A stretch of DNA of 39,392 nucleotides from Candidatus Micrarchaeota archaeon (GCA_013425325.1 JACCLL010000085.1:1-39392), one strand, 5' to 3'. Numbered from the stretch's first letter, positions 1-8,633 are shown. Notes: generated by a model not told the origin, from the letters alone. A program made the numbers and translations.

Positions 1-2
1 CT

Positions 3-608
3 GGTGTTCCAGTCGAAAGTCGCGTTGGCCATCCTGCTTCCGAATTCGTCGGTTGCGTAAGCGCTTACCGTGGCGTTGTCGCCGGAGTTCAAGTAAGCCG
101 TTGAAGTGTTTATGTAAACGCGAGTCGGCTGGCGGGGAATGTGGATGTCGGGAACGCGAGCCTCTTCAAAACGGTCGTCGAAAAGGTCGGCGACGGGAGC
201 TATTGGCGAGCCTCCGCCGGAAGTGATTATAACGGACGCGGTTGCGTTCACTCTCCTGGCCGGCACAAGCTGCCAAGGCTCGGCGGAGAGGCTGGGCGTC
301 GAGGCGGTTACCGTAACGGTTCCCTCGCTCACGGCAGTCAGCAAGCCCTTTGAGGAAATGGTGGCCTGCGGGCCGGAAACGCTCCACGTTATTGAAGCGT
401 TTTTGACGAGTTTTCCATTAGAGTAGTAATAGGCGGTGAACTGCTGGGTTTCGCCAACGTCAAGAGATACGTTGATCGGAGAGAGCTTGATGTACTCCCT
501 CTTAACGTCTTTTACAACTGATTTCGTCACGAAAACGGCGCTCGCCTGAGCGGCGAGGCCGATTATCAAAACTAGTGCTACGAAAGTGAATACGTTCCGC
601 CAATTCAT
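3..608 (-). CDS. Secreted Ig-like (Big_2-type) domain surface protein, 3' end truncated by the window edge
   Basis: Not in the ORF track; translated by hand from ATG at 608. MNWRNVFTFVALVLIIGLAAQASA is a signal peptide with an AxA site. It is followed by LSPINVSLDVGETQQFTA...ITWSVSG..ATISSKGLLTAVSEGTVTVTAS (Big_2 pattern), and a second Ig-like unit begins near the edge. The frame is open to the edge. There is a GGTGG SD-like element and a TTTAAATA box upstream. Confidence 0.85.
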   Translation of the reverse strand, partial: MNWRNVFTFVALVLIIGLAAQASAVFVTKSVVKDVKREYIKLSPINVSLDVGETQQFTAYYYSNGKLVKNASITWSVSGPQATISSKGLLTAVSEGTVTVTASTPSLSAEPWQLVPARRVNATASVIITSGGGSPIAPVADLFDDRFEEARVPDIHIPRQPTRVYINTSTAYLNSGDNATVSAYATDEFGSRMANATFDWNT

Positions 609-650
609 TTCAATGCCCACCTTTGCCGGATAGTATTAGCGAAAAACTAG

Positions 651-658
651 TATTTAAA
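651..658 (-). promoter_or_regulatory. Putative TATA box for the Big_2 protein gene
   Basis: TTTAAATA on the minus strand, about 43 nt upstream of ATG 608. Confidence 0.5.
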
Positions 659-688
659 GTATGCACTCCGCAGTAGTTACAAACCTAA

Positions 689-1600
689 CTACTGTTTAGT
701 GGGAACCAGCGGCTTGCAGCCGTTTTCTTCCACTACCACGGTGGTTTCGCTTTGGGAAACCACGCCTCCCGTCGACTCGCGCAGGCCGTGATACGGATAG
801 ATTACTTCCTGACGGACCAAGTCGGCTACCGCCAGCTTGAATTGAGTAGAGGAAACGTCGAACTTGGGCGCCAGCCAGCGCACGGCGAAAGGCAGTAGCT
901 TGTACTCTTCTCCCGCGTACTCGGCTAGCGCGCGGCTTGACGGCAGGCGGACTTTCTTTTCGCCGACCATCGAGTAAATCTGCAGGAAATCCGAGTCGGA
1001 AACCCTTCCTTTTCCGGTTGTTGCAAAGGGTTCGACTGCAAAAAAGTCTCCTTCCTGCAGCACGTAGGAACCGGTTTCAATGTTGGGAATCTCTTCGCCC
1101 GCGTGCAAAACGTAGGGGAGGAGAGAGTGGCCGCACAAGTTGGAAATAGGCTCGTAGCCCCTTCCCCTTATTTCAAAAGCAATGGCTTTGCCGACTTCGC
1201 TGACTGAAACGCCTGCCTTTATTTTTGACAACGCCGCTTCGAGGGCCGCGTCGCTTGCTTCAATCAAGTCCGCGTGCTCTCCTGAAAAGTCGACGGTAAA
1301 CGCGACGTCGGCAATGCATCCTTCCACGTGGCAGCCGAAGTCCACTTTCAGCACGTCTTTCTCGCCCACGAAACAAACGTCGCCGGCGCAGGGAGTGAAG
1401 TGAGCGGCTTCGTCGTTGCGCGACAAGTTCGTCGGAAAAGCAGGTTGGGCGCCGAGTTCGCGGATTTTTGCCTCGATTTTCTCCGCTAACTCCAAGAGTT
1501 TCACGCCGGGCTTTGTTTCGGCTCGCGCGAACGCCTTGACGCCAGCGGCTATTTCGCCTGCTTTCAAGTAGTTTTTGAGTTCTTCCTCGAAGCCTTCCAT
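689..1600 (-). CDS. map: Methionine aminopeptidase, type II (archaeal)
   Basis: AFPTNLSRN..AAHFTP, KVDFGCHVEGCIADVAFT, NLCGHSL..YVLHAG, AVEPFATTG, SQSETT metal-ligand motifs, plus the type II helical insert. Confidence 0.97.
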   Translation of the reverse strand: MEGFEEELKNYLKAGEIAAGVKAFARAETKPGVKLLELAEKIEAKIRELGAQPAFPTNLSRNDEAAHFTPCAGDVCFVGEKDVLKVDFGCHVEGCIADVAFTVDFSGEHADLIEASDAALEAALSKIKAGVSVSEVGKAIAFEIRGRGYEPISNLCGHSLLPYVLHAGEEIPNIETGSYVLQEGDFFAVEPFATTGKGRVSDSDFLQIYSMVGEKKVRLPSSRALAEYAGEEYKLLPFAVRWLAPKFDVSSTQFKLAVADLVRQEVIYPYHGLRESTGGVVSQSETTVVVEENGCKPLVPTKQ

Positions 1601-1623
1601 GCAAGGTTTTTCGTCGGCGCTTC

Positions 1624-1631
1624 AATAAAAA
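1624..1631 (-). promoter_or_regulatory. Putative TATA box for map (likely leaderless transcript)
   Basis: TTTTTATT on the minus strand about 24 nt upstream of ATG 1600; no SD. Confidence 0.45.
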
Positions 1632-1640
1632 GCAGTAGCG

Positions 1641-4052
1641 TCACCAGTCGCCGAGTCCCTTCTGCGTTCCCTTGGTCTTCAGGTCTTCGGCGTCGACGCC
1701 AAGCGCCCCGAGTATTTTCAGCACCGCCGGAAGCACTTGGTTGTTTACGTAGTAGTCGGCGTCGTAGTCTTTCGCGAGTTCGATGGGCTGGGCTTTTTCG
1801 GAAATGCTTTTGCCAGAGCGGGTAATCACGTAGCCTATGGTTGAGTACTCGCCGTAAGGCAAACCAGCTTCCTGGGCTTTCTGCAGCGCCGACACTTCGG
1901 GGCTCATTATTTCGTATGCCTTTATTTTTTTCCTGACTTGAGTGTAGATGACGCAGTCTTCCAAAGGAGTTTTTCCGCTCTTGAGTTCTACAATGACTTT
2001 CAAAACCATTTCCTTCGCCTTCTTGACGTCGCCTTCCTTCAACAGCACTTCCAACACGCTGCGCTGCAGCCTGCGGGCAACGCGGCTCCAATCGCGTCGA
2101 ACGAGTTCGAATCCGCGTATCTTTATTTTCCCGTCCCGGTTGATCAACGCGTATTTCTTTTTCGCTCCGGCGTCGCCTTGTTTCTTGGAAACGAATATTC
2201 CGCGGGGGTAAAAGTCCTCCAACTCGAGTTCCATGCGCTCCGGAAGCAGTGAATTGACGGATTTCCTGAATTCTTCTATCTTCTTTTCCTCGCCCGGCTT
2301 GAACTGCAGCAACGCCGAGTCGGTGTCGGCGTACAACACTTTGAACCCCGCCTTTTCGGCTTGCTCAATAGCCTGCTTGATGTAGTGCCGCGCCCAGGCG
2401 GTAGTGCTTTCCGCGCATTCGCGCGAGTACCAGCGAGCGCGTGCATAGCCGAGGAAACCGTAGTAACTGTTTGCTAAAATCTTAAGTCCCCACTGGCGTG
2501 CGTACAACTGCTTGTACTCGTTGCTTTCCTTCGGCGTTTTCTTCATTTGCGCCTGCACCGCGCGGCGCGCGTCAATTATTTCTTCAAGCGTAGTGGGAAC
2601 CAGTCCCTTTATTTTGGAACAAAACTTGTGGCCCTGCGGCGAAACGTGCGCTTCCTTCGAGCAACAATCGCAGTTCAAAGCAAACGGGTCTATGTTGTGG
2701 GAAATGATTATCGACGGATACATTGACTTGAAGTCGAGCATGGCCAGGTTCTCGTAAACCCCGGCTTCCGGAGTTTTTACGTACGCTCCTTCAATCGGGT
2801 TCTGCTGACGGGCCTGAACTTCCGGCTCTTTGGGCTTGTTTGGAATGACTTCGCCGCGCTCGAACGAACGCCGCATCAACAGGCTCTCGACCAACTGTCC
2901 GGTAGTGCTGCGCGAGGTGTCGAAAAGCGTTTCGCCCGACAAGCGCGACAACTCGACTTCCAAGGAAAGAGTATGCTGCGCCAGCTCCAGGCACGCGACC
3001 GAGTCGTGCAAGTTGTATTTCGCCAGGTGTTCTAACGCAGCTCCGCCCGCGTCCCACGCCTTGTGGATTTCAAGCTTGTTTATGTCCGTCTTCTGCTTGC
3101 CGAGTATTTCCGCGTAAGCGTGGCCGAGAGTCATGCGGGGCAACCTCACCGCCCCCACGGTGTCGAGAAAATCTACTACCGGGTAGACGTCGTAGTGGAT
3201 TCTTCCCGGAACGCGGGTTACCGGACGGATTCCGGCTTGACGAGTTCGCAGGTTGGACAATACCCTTCCCGGGTAGAAAGACGCGTGGATTTTCTTGGAC
3301 CGCTCGCGCAAGTAAGGCAAGTCAAAGGCGTCGCCGTTGTACGAGCAAAGCAAGTCCACTTTCTTTTCGCGCAGCAGTTCGCAGAACCGCTCAATAGCCG
3401 CTTTTTCCGAAGGCACTGTTTCGACGAAGTCGGCGGAAAACTTTTTGGAGTAAGAGATAACCATCGGGGAATCTCCAGGCGAAGCGGCTGAAATCATTAT
3501 CACCGGGTCTTTCGCAGGGTTTGGGGCGTTGGCGGGAGTGTAGACTTCAATGTCAAACGCAAGAGTGCTGAACTCCGGCTGCGCAGGCGATTCAATGGGT
3601 TTTATCGACTTGATCATGCGGCCGTCCAACTCGACTTCGCACAGCGAGCACGGAAAGAGTCCGTTGTCTATCAGAAAACGTTTGGCGAAGGAAATGCGGT
3701 GTTCGTAACTCTGGCCGAATTCCTTCGTCGCCTCGTGCAGCTTCGGCACGTGCAACGGATCCTGCGCAAACACTTTCAAGAGCTGTACGCGCTTGCGGCC
3801 GATGACGCGCTCGACTTCTTCAACGGAAGTCGCGCCGAATTCCTTTCCCCGATCGCGGACTTTCAGGGAAACAATTTTTTTGGCCACTGCCTTGAAGTCG
3901 CCTTTGGGCAGCAGGTAGTAGTAGGGCTTGAAGGCGTTGTCGTAGGCGGGGAAGCTGCGCTTCGTCTTCTCGTCTTTCAGGAAAAGCCGCAGGGCGTGCT
4001 TTCCCCTGAGCGAAGTGCTTTCGACGTCCAGGAGGAAAGCGCGTGTTTTCAT
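1641..4052 (-). CDS. polB: DNA polymerase family B (archaeal PolB3-type) with 3'-5' exonuclease
   Basis: ExoI FDIEVY, ExoII YNGDAFDLPYL, ExoIII YNLHD, motif A DFKSMYPSII, motif B KILANSYYG, motif C YADTDS, KKKY, RGFELVRRDWS, and C-terminal PIP box QKGLGDW. Start is ATG 4052 (alternative 4061). No intein. Confidence 0.97.
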   Translation of the reverse strand: MKTRAFLLDVESTSLRGKHALRLFLKDEKTKRSFPAYDNAFKPYYYLLPKGDFKAVAKKIVSLKVRDRGKEFGATSVEEVERVIGRKRVQLLKVFAQDPLHVPKLHEATKEFGQSYEHRISFAKRFLIDNGLFPCSLCEVELDGRMIKSIKPIESPAQPEFSTLAFDIEVYTPANAPNPAKDPVIMISAASPGDSPMVISYSKKFSADFVETVPSEKAAIERFCELLREKKVDLLCSYNGDAFDLPYLRERSKKIHASFYPGRVLSNLRTRQAGIRPVTRVPGRIHYDVYPVVDFLDTVGAVRLPRMTLGHAYAEILGKQKTDINKLEIHKAWDAGGAALEHLAKYNLHDSVACLELAQHTLSLEVELSRLSGETLFDTSRSTTGQLVESLLMRRSFERGEVIPNKPKEPEVQARQQNPIEGAYVKTPEAGVYENLAMLDFKSMYPSIIISHNIDPFALNCDCCSKEAHVSPQGHKFCSKIKGLVPTTLEEIIDARRAVQAQMKKTPKESNEYKQLYARQWGLKILANSYYGFLGYARARWYSRECAESTTAWARHYIKQAIEQAEKAGFKVLYADTDSALLQFKPGEEKKIEEFRKSVNSLLPERMELELEDFYPRGIFVSKKQGDAGAKKKYALINRDGKIKIRGFELVRRDWSRVARRLQRSVLEVLLKEGDVKKAKEMVLKVIVELKSGKTPLEDCVIYTQVRKKIKAYEIMSPEVSALQKAQEAGLPYGEYSTIGYVITRSGKSISEKAQPIELAKDYDADYYVNNQVLPAVLKILGALGVDAEDLKTKGTQKGLGDW

Positions 4053-4100
4053 GCAACGCATTAGGGGAAACGCGGATTAAATCGTTTGCCGCAAGCCTTC

Positions 4101-4115
4101 GAAAGGGTTTAATAA
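4101..4115 (+). promoter_or_regulatory. BRE + TATA box for the coiled-coil gene at 4148
   Basis: GAAAGGG followed by TTTAATAA; GGTGA SD just upstream of ATG 4148. Confidence 0.55.
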
Positions 4116-4147
4116 TTGGCCAAGGTGGTTTCTGCGGTGAAACAATA

Positions 4148-4531
4148 ATGCCCGAGCCAATACGTCCTTTGGATGCAATAAAAGCGGACATGCGGACGCT
4201 CGACTCCAAAATCAACTTGATTGCCCAGAAAATCCGCATGATGGAAAAAAACGAGGAAGTCATCGGCAGGACAATGGTCGCGCTGAACGAAAAAATCAAG
4301 AAACTCGAGGAAGGCGGGGCAAGGACCGCGGCCGGAGCCGCCAAGGCAGGCGAGTCAAGCGCGGACATGGAGTCGCTGAAAGAACAGCTGAAAGCCTTGG
4401 AAGAAAAAGTAGAGGCTGCTCACTCGCAGTTACTTGAATTAAAGTACGTAATCGACTCGATCAACCCCTTGGAGTACGCTTCGCTCGACCAAGTAAAGGA
4501 ACTCCTGGAAGAAAAACTGGGCAAAAAGTAG
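4148..4531 (+). CDS. Coiled-coil hypothetical protein (127 aa)
   Basis: Start placed at ATG 4148 (SD GGTGA) rather than the ORF-track 4043, which overlaps polB. Two heptad-rich helices are separated by an Ala/Gly linker; C-terminal LKYVIDSINPLEY motif. Confidence 0.85.
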   Translation: MPEPIRPLDAIKADMRTLDSKINLIAQKIRMMEKNEEVIGRTMVALNEKIKKLEEGGARTAAGAAKAGESSADMESLKEQLKALEEKVEAAHSQLLELKYVIDSINPLEYASLDQVKELLEEKLGKK

Positions 4532-4534
4532 CGA

Positions 4535-6253
4535 CTATATTTTTTCGACTGTCAACGACCCTTCCTCAACCGGCTCTTCCGGAGCGGGCGCCGCGGGCTT
4601 CTCCTCTTTCTTCTCTTCAACAGCCTTTCTGCCGAAGCCGAACAGGGACTTTTTCTGCGGAGCAGGCTGTGGCGCCGGCGCGGTTGGCTTAGGCACCGGC
4701 GAAGGCAGCATCTGCTGCGCGACCGGCTTTTGCTGAAGCGCTTGCAAAGCGGACGGGGACTGAACAGGCGCCGCGGGAGCCGCAACGACTGCAACTGCCT
4801 CCGTGCAAGCGGAGTACGCAGGGCGGAGAGTGAAACGCGTCTGGCGTTCTCCTGCTTCGGCTCCTATTGCCGCTCCGTCGACTGCCTCGAACCTTACGTT
4901 GAAGTCGCCGAGCTTCTGCAAGTCCACCTCGTGCTGCGCGTGAACAACCATTCCAACTCCCTGTTTCTTGTACTTTGAGACGACCATTGCCGCCTCGTGC
5001 GCGATTTGCTCGGCATCCTCCTCGAACGCCAAAACCAGCGAAAGCGACGTCGTCGGAGGAACGGGAATCGACTCTATTATAGTCGCGATGAGCATGCGCT
5101 GTATTTCAATAGGATACTTCTTCATGCTCAGCATGAAGACTTTGCCTATCGCGTCGCGCCACGGCGTAGCCAGGTCCGCCGAAATGTTTTTGGCGAAAAG
5201 CGAGGGATAGATTTTCTGCAGCACCAGCAGAGTGCGCACCGCCCGCTTGATGTTGAAGAGAGTGACCGCCTTTGTTTCGCGCATTGAAGACAATTCAGTG
5301 ATTACGTCCGACAGAGAGAACAGCGAAGCGCGCTTCGAGTCGTAAGCCGCCTTGATTGGTTCGGCCACCTCGCTTCCGGTCAAGCCGAAGGCGCGGAGGA
5401 AGACGTCGGAATCCATTTTGCTCATGTCAACGTACAGTCCTTCGCCTAAGTCGAACGCCTTGAACGGAAATCCAGTCGGAGTTCCAGAAATGCCGAATTC
5501 GGCGAAGTGCGACGCGTCCTTGTTCGGCAAGGCAAATCCCTTGAACGACTCGTGAGCATCGAAAATCAGTACGGGAACGCTGTTCTGCAGCGCGCCCTCG
5601 AGCAAAAGGTGCATCAAGTGCAGCCTTGACTCGCGGTTTCCGCCGGTTATCGCAGCGGAGTATAGCGACTCTAGTTTCACTTCAAAGTCTTTTTTCTCGC
5701 GGTCCAGCCCGAGCATGAGCTTCGGAATGCGGAAGGCAGTTTCCACTCCCGTGCCCAACGGCCCTCCGCCGCCGATTGAAGTGTATGAAAACAGCGTAAA
5801 GGGGTCGCCAAGCAGCACCTGGGCTCTTGCGTCGTCGACTGCGCTCAAGTCCTGTATCTTGAATCCGTAAGCGGCGGCAGTGTCTTTCGTCAGAGAAGTT
5901 ATTCCCTCAAGTTCCAAGTGCTGTTTCTTAATCATTTCAACAAGCGCGTCCTGCGAGTAAGGCGCGTACTCCGGCGTTCCTCCCACCAACAAGTAGCGGC
6001 CCGCGTTTTCCTTGGAGTATTTTTCCACCAACGTGACTTCGCGTTTTTGGGCCTGCATGAAGCGCGCCAAGTCGCCTTCCACGTAAAAGATTTTCTTGAG
6101 AAGCATTACCACGCCGGTAATCTTGTCCTCCTGTTTTTCGAACACGAGGAGTAAAACAAGTTTTTCGGGGTTTTGGTAGATGGCCATGGGGTACTTGCCC
6201 CACTGGGCGCTGACCAGCCGAGTCCAAGGCCCGAAGGGCAAATCTAGTTCCAT
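4535..6253 (-). CDS. HerA/FtsK/VirB4-superfamily (DUF87-like) protein with degenerate, probably inactive ATPase motifs
   Basis: LG..., AAITGGNRESR at the Walker A position, VPVLIFDAHESF (HerA strand-2 hhhhD.HGEY), LVLAFEEDAE at the Walker B position, and KYKKQGVGMVVHAQHEVDL (cf. RKYGhGhhhASQRPSDL). It has an extra N-terminal domain and a Pro/Ala/Lys-rich C-terminal tail. Confidence 0.75.
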   Translation of the reverse strand: MELDLPFGPWTRLVSAQWGKYPMAIYQNPEKLVLLLVFEKQEDKITGVVMLLKKIFYVEGDLARFMQAQKREVTLVEKYSKENAGRYLLVGGTPEYAPYSQDALVEMIKKQHLELEGITSLTKDTAAAYGFKIQDLSAVDDARAQVLLGDPFTLFSYTSIGGGGPLGTGVETAFRIPKLMLGLDREKKDFEVKLESLYSAAITGGNRESRLHLMHLLLEGALQNSVPVLIFDAHESFKGFALPNKDASHFAEFGISGTPTGFPFKAFDLGEGLYVDMSKMDSDVFLRAFGLTGSEVAEPIKAAYDSKRASLFSLSDVITELSSMRETKAVTLFNIKRAVRTLLVLQKIYPSLFAKNISADLATPWRDAIGKVFMLSMKKYPIEIQRMLIATIIESIPVPPTTSLSLVLAFEEDAEQIAHEAAMVVSKYKKQGVGMVVHAQHEVDLQKLGDFNVRFEAVDGAAIGAEAGERQTRFTLRPAYSACTEAVAVVAAPAAPVQSPSALQALQQKPVAQQMLPSPVPKPTAPAPQPAPQKKSLFGFGRKAVEEKKEEKPAAPAPEEPVEEGSLTVEKI

Positions 6254-6298
6254 TGCAAAGCCACTTTCCTGCGTTTAAGAAACACTACTTGCGTTGTC

Positions 6299-6340
6299 AA
6301 TAAATAGGTTGCGGGCTTTGCCGCAAAGCAGGTTTAAAAA
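6299..6340. promoter_or_regulatory. Divergent promoter pair between the HerA-like gene and the 145-aa gene
   Basis: Minus-strand TATTTATT at 6299-6306. Plus-strand TTTAAAAA at 6333-6340, about 23 nt before ATG 6363 (leaderless spacing). Confidence 0.5.
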
Positions 6341-6362
6341 CAGCTTGCAGTAATTAGTTTCG

Positions 6363-6800
6363 ATGGACGTAAAACTCATTGTTCGCCAAATGAAGGCAAG
6401 GGGACTCAGCGAAGACGAAATAAAGAAAAACCTCGAGGCACTTGGAGTCCCGAACCCGGACGAAGTGTACGCGCAGGCAGTCGAACGCGCGACCGAAGTG
6501 CAGCTCGAACCCGCTCCAAAGGAAGAAGAAAAACCGGCCAAGGAAGCTCCAGAGGAAGCGCCTTTTGTCATGACGAGCATAAGCGGCGAAGAGGAAAAGT
6601 CTGTTGAAGTCGGCAAAAAAGCCGCATCGTCAATGCCCGCAGAGGCAGCGGAACTCATGACCGCCATGCCGAAAACCGTTTCTTCAGACGTTGGCGCGAA
6701 AATGGATGAAACCATTGCGTTGCTGAAGGCGCTTCAGGACGTGAACAAAAAGATTCTCGAAACAAACCGGGAAATGCTCATGCGCCTGAAAATGCAGTGA
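6363..6800 (+). CDS. Hypothetical protein: N-terminal small helical domain, acidic linker, C-terminal coiled coil
   Basis: MKARGLSEDEIKKNLEALG helix-turn pattern; E/P/K-rich linker; heptad C-terminus (MDETIALLKALQDVNKKIL). Has its own TATA box. Confidence 0.85.
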   Translation: MDVKLIVRQMKARGLSEDEIKKNLEALGVPNPDEVYAQAVERATEVQLEPAPKEEEKPAKEAPEEAPFVMTSISGEEEKSVEVGKKAASSMPAEAAELMTAMPKTVSSDVGAKMDETIALLKALQDVNKKILETNREMLMRLKMQ

Positions 6801-6813
6801 GCAAAAGAAGTAC

Positions 6814-7158
6814 TCACTTTTTTTTGGGTTCGTAGTGTATTACATACTCGGGAACGTTTTTTTTCTTCTCAGGCTCTTTGCCGAAAGAATTCCAGAAAAA
6901 GCCGAACAACTGGCCCAAGAAATTCAAGAACAAGCCGAAGCGCTCGCCCAACTCTTTTTCGCCGCCGAACGCCTTCTTCTCGGTTCCGCCCAAGCCCGAA
7001 GGCGCGTGCTGCGACGCGGAAGGCCGTGCTCCGCCGGAGCTTTCAAGCAACAGTGCCACCGCAAGGGCGGCTATAACTAAAAACGCGAAGAACACCTGCC
7101 CCGAGTACAGGAAGAAAAGCGCAACCCCAAGCAGAATCAGCGTAATGAATGCGTTCAA
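6814..7158 (-). CDS. Small membrane protein (2 N-terminal TM helices plus an amphipathic helix)
   Basis: Hydrophobic hairpin at aa 3-39; Phe-rich amphipathic FGLFLNFLGQLFGFFW. ATGA overlap with the upstream gene. Confidence 0.8.
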   Translation of the reverse strand: MNAFITLILLGVALFFLYSGQVFFAFLVIAALAVALLLESSGGARPSASQHAPSGLGGTEKKAFGGEKELGERFGLFLNFLGQLFGFFWNSFGKEPEKKKNVPEYVIHYEPKKK

Positions 7159-7436
7159 GCATACCCGCCTCCGTAGCCTTCCGGCTTTGCAGTGTCTCCC
7201 TTAATCAACAAAACAAGCACGATAAACAAGCCTATTAAGTAAACCCACGGGGGAACGCCGCTGCCGCCGAAGTAAACCAGTGCAACCAGCACTCCGCCGA
7301 CTGCCGCCGCCAGAAGCAGGAGCTTGCTCTTGGCAATCAACAGCAGCACGACAAGCAGGCCTACGGCAACCCACCACAAGCCGCTTTGGACCGCTATTAT
7401 CATGAGAACGATTATGAACAGGAAAGTAAAGTCCAA
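7155..7436 (-). CDS. Small polytopic membrane protein (93 aa)
   Basis: Almost entirely hydrophobic (3-4 TM segments), ending in GYGGGYA. TTG start 10 nt after the upstream stop, with a GAGG-like SD. Confidence 0.8.
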   Translation of the reverse strand: MDFTFLFIIVLMIIAVQSGLWWVAVGLLVVLLLIAKSKLLLLAAAVGGVLVALVYFGGSGVPPWVYLIGLFIVLVLLIKGDTAKPEGYGGGYA

Positions 7437-7446
7437 GTTTTTTGCC

Positions 7447-7647
7447 TCACCATCTCAACAAAAAGAACTCCTTTATTCCCACCAAGTTGATCCACATCAT
7501 GCCAAGCAAGTCGTCCGCGCGGACTGCAAAGACCAACAAGGCGCATAACGCTAATATAGAAAGCGTCAAGTCTACGAACTCGGCGAACACGGCGACGGCA
7601 ATAGCCGCAATCAGGAAAGTGCTCCAGCCAAACACGCCTTCAGCCAT
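7447..7647 (-). CDS. Small membrane protein (66 aa)
   Basis: Hydrophobic hairpin; tightly packed in the operon (6-nt gap from the upstream stop); GTGA SD-like element. Confidence 0.75.
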   Translation of the reverse strand: MAEGVFGWSTFLIAAIAVAVFAEFVDLTLSILALCALLVFAVRADDLLGMMWINLVGIKEFFLLRW

Positions 7648-7653
7648 TTTGCA

Positions 7654-7917
7654 TCACTTGAGCCACTCGCCGGGCTTCATTACGGTAAACATTCCGTACA
7701 TTACGAGCACGACGAACAACAAGTACTTGAACCAGTCGTAGGGAATCACGAGTAAAAACATTACCAGCGCGGTTACGAGAAGCGCGAGAAGAGGGTGGCG
7801 GATGAAGTTGTTGGTAAGCAGGTTGTACAACGTAAAGAAAATCAGTATGAGCGCGATCAAGCCGAAGGCTTCCCAGAAGTCAGCGTAGAACAACACTGGA
7901 AGCAGCGAGAACGGCAT
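7654..7917 (-). CDS. Small membrane protein (87 aa), paralogue of 8365-8628
   Basis: Three hydrophobic segments; motif YN-x9-PLLALLVTALVMFLLVIPYDW. TATA-like TTTAAAT at 7942-7948. Confidence 0.8.
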   Translation of the reverse strand: MPFSLLPVLFYADFWEAFGLIALILIFFTLYNLLTNNFIRHPLLALLVTALVMFLLVIPYDWFKYLLFVVLVMYGMFTVMKPGEWLK

Positions 7918-7941
7918 GAATACGTTTTTGGAATTCCGTGG

Positions 7942-7948
7942 ATTTAAA
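7942..7948 (-). promoter_or_regulatory. Putative internal TATA box within the membrane-protein cluster
   Basis: TTTAAAT on the minus strand about 25 nt upstream of ATG 7917, in a 41-nt gap. Confidence 0.4.
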
Positions 7949-7958
7949 GCCTGCTGCT

Positions 7959-8342
7959 CTAACGCCGTTTCGCCGGCTTTTTCCCGATTTTGCCGGAAGG
8001 AAAGAACTTGACGAACTCTTTTTCAAGCTCTTTCGACACTTTCCGAGTTCCCAGGAAGAATTCGCCTTCCAGGAGAACCGCGAACAACAGCGCGCCAAGC
8101 ATCAGCCCGCCCGCGAACCACGAGAAAACCCGTTCCCCGAGCATCATCCCCGGCTGCAGGTCGGAAACCACCGCGCCGTTGTACTGCGGGTATTCAGTAC
8201 TCAGGTGCTGCCACACGAAAAACGAAATGACTACCGCAGCCAGGATTACGGCGAGCCGCCACTTCGCGTTAAACCAATTTGCGCGCTGCAGGCTCGCGAA
8301 GTGGTACAAGTCGTAGAAACCTATCTTCTGTTTTTCATCCAT
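7959..8342 (-). CDS. Membrane protein with 2 TM helices and a basic C-terminus (127 aa)
   Basis: TM1 LAVILAAVVISFFVW, TM2 FSWFAGGLMLGALLFAVLL; GAGGGAG SD upstream of ATG 8342. Confidence 0.8.
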   Translation of the reverse strand: MDEKQKIGFYDLYHFASLQRANWFNAKWRLAVILAAVVISFFVWQHLSTEYPQYNGAVVSDLQPGMMLGERVFSWFAGGLMLGALLFAVLLEGEFFLGTRKVSKELEKEFVKFFPSGKIGKKPAKRR

Positions 8343-8364
8343 TCAAAACAACTCCCTCAAAAAC

Positions 8365-8628
8365 TCACTTCGGCCTGGCGCGGAACAGGAAAGGCGCGAA
8401 AACGGCGCCCATGAACAGCAAGCCGGAGAACATTATGATTGAAACAAACCAGCCGAGCAACCCCGCCCACGGGTAGACTATCACGAGGTAGTAAATGAGG
8501 ATTGCGGCGACGACGAGCGTGAGAACAGGAGAAAACGCCAGGTGTTCCTGCGCCCAGTTGTAGTAATAGTAGGCCATGAGGAAGATAATTATCCACCACA
8601 CCCACTGCAGTTCTTCCAAGAAAAGCAT
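8365..8628 (-). CDS. Small membrane protein (87 aa), paralogue of 7654-7917
   Basis: True start is ATG 8628 (MLFLEELQW), 5 nt after the upstream stop. Motif YN-x9-PVLTLVVAAILIYYLVIVYPW. Confidence 0.8.
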   Translation of the reverse strand: MLFLEELQWVWWIIIFLMAYYYYNWAQEHLAFSPVLTLVVAAILIYYLVIVYPWAGLLGWFVSIIMFSGLLFMGAVFAPFLFRARPK

Positions 8629-8633
8629 TAGTT

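Noticed and set aside
139-426. Short plus-strand ORFs at the left edge, and the many antisense ORFs inside long genes throughout the window
   Set aside because: They are shadows of real minus- or plus-strand genes in GC-rich DNA, with no motifs or translation signals of their own.
1641-4052. PolB as a viral/casposon polymerase or as intein-containing
   Set aside because: It has the normal ~800-aa cellular archaeal architecture with a PIP box, sits next to map, and shows no protein-primed insertions, intein motifs or capsid genes.
4535-6253. Canonical HerA helicase of the HerA-NurA-Mre11-Rad50 repair operon
   Set aside because: The Walker motifs are degenerate, no N-terminal HAS barrel is recognisable, and nurA, mre11 and rad50 are not adjacent.
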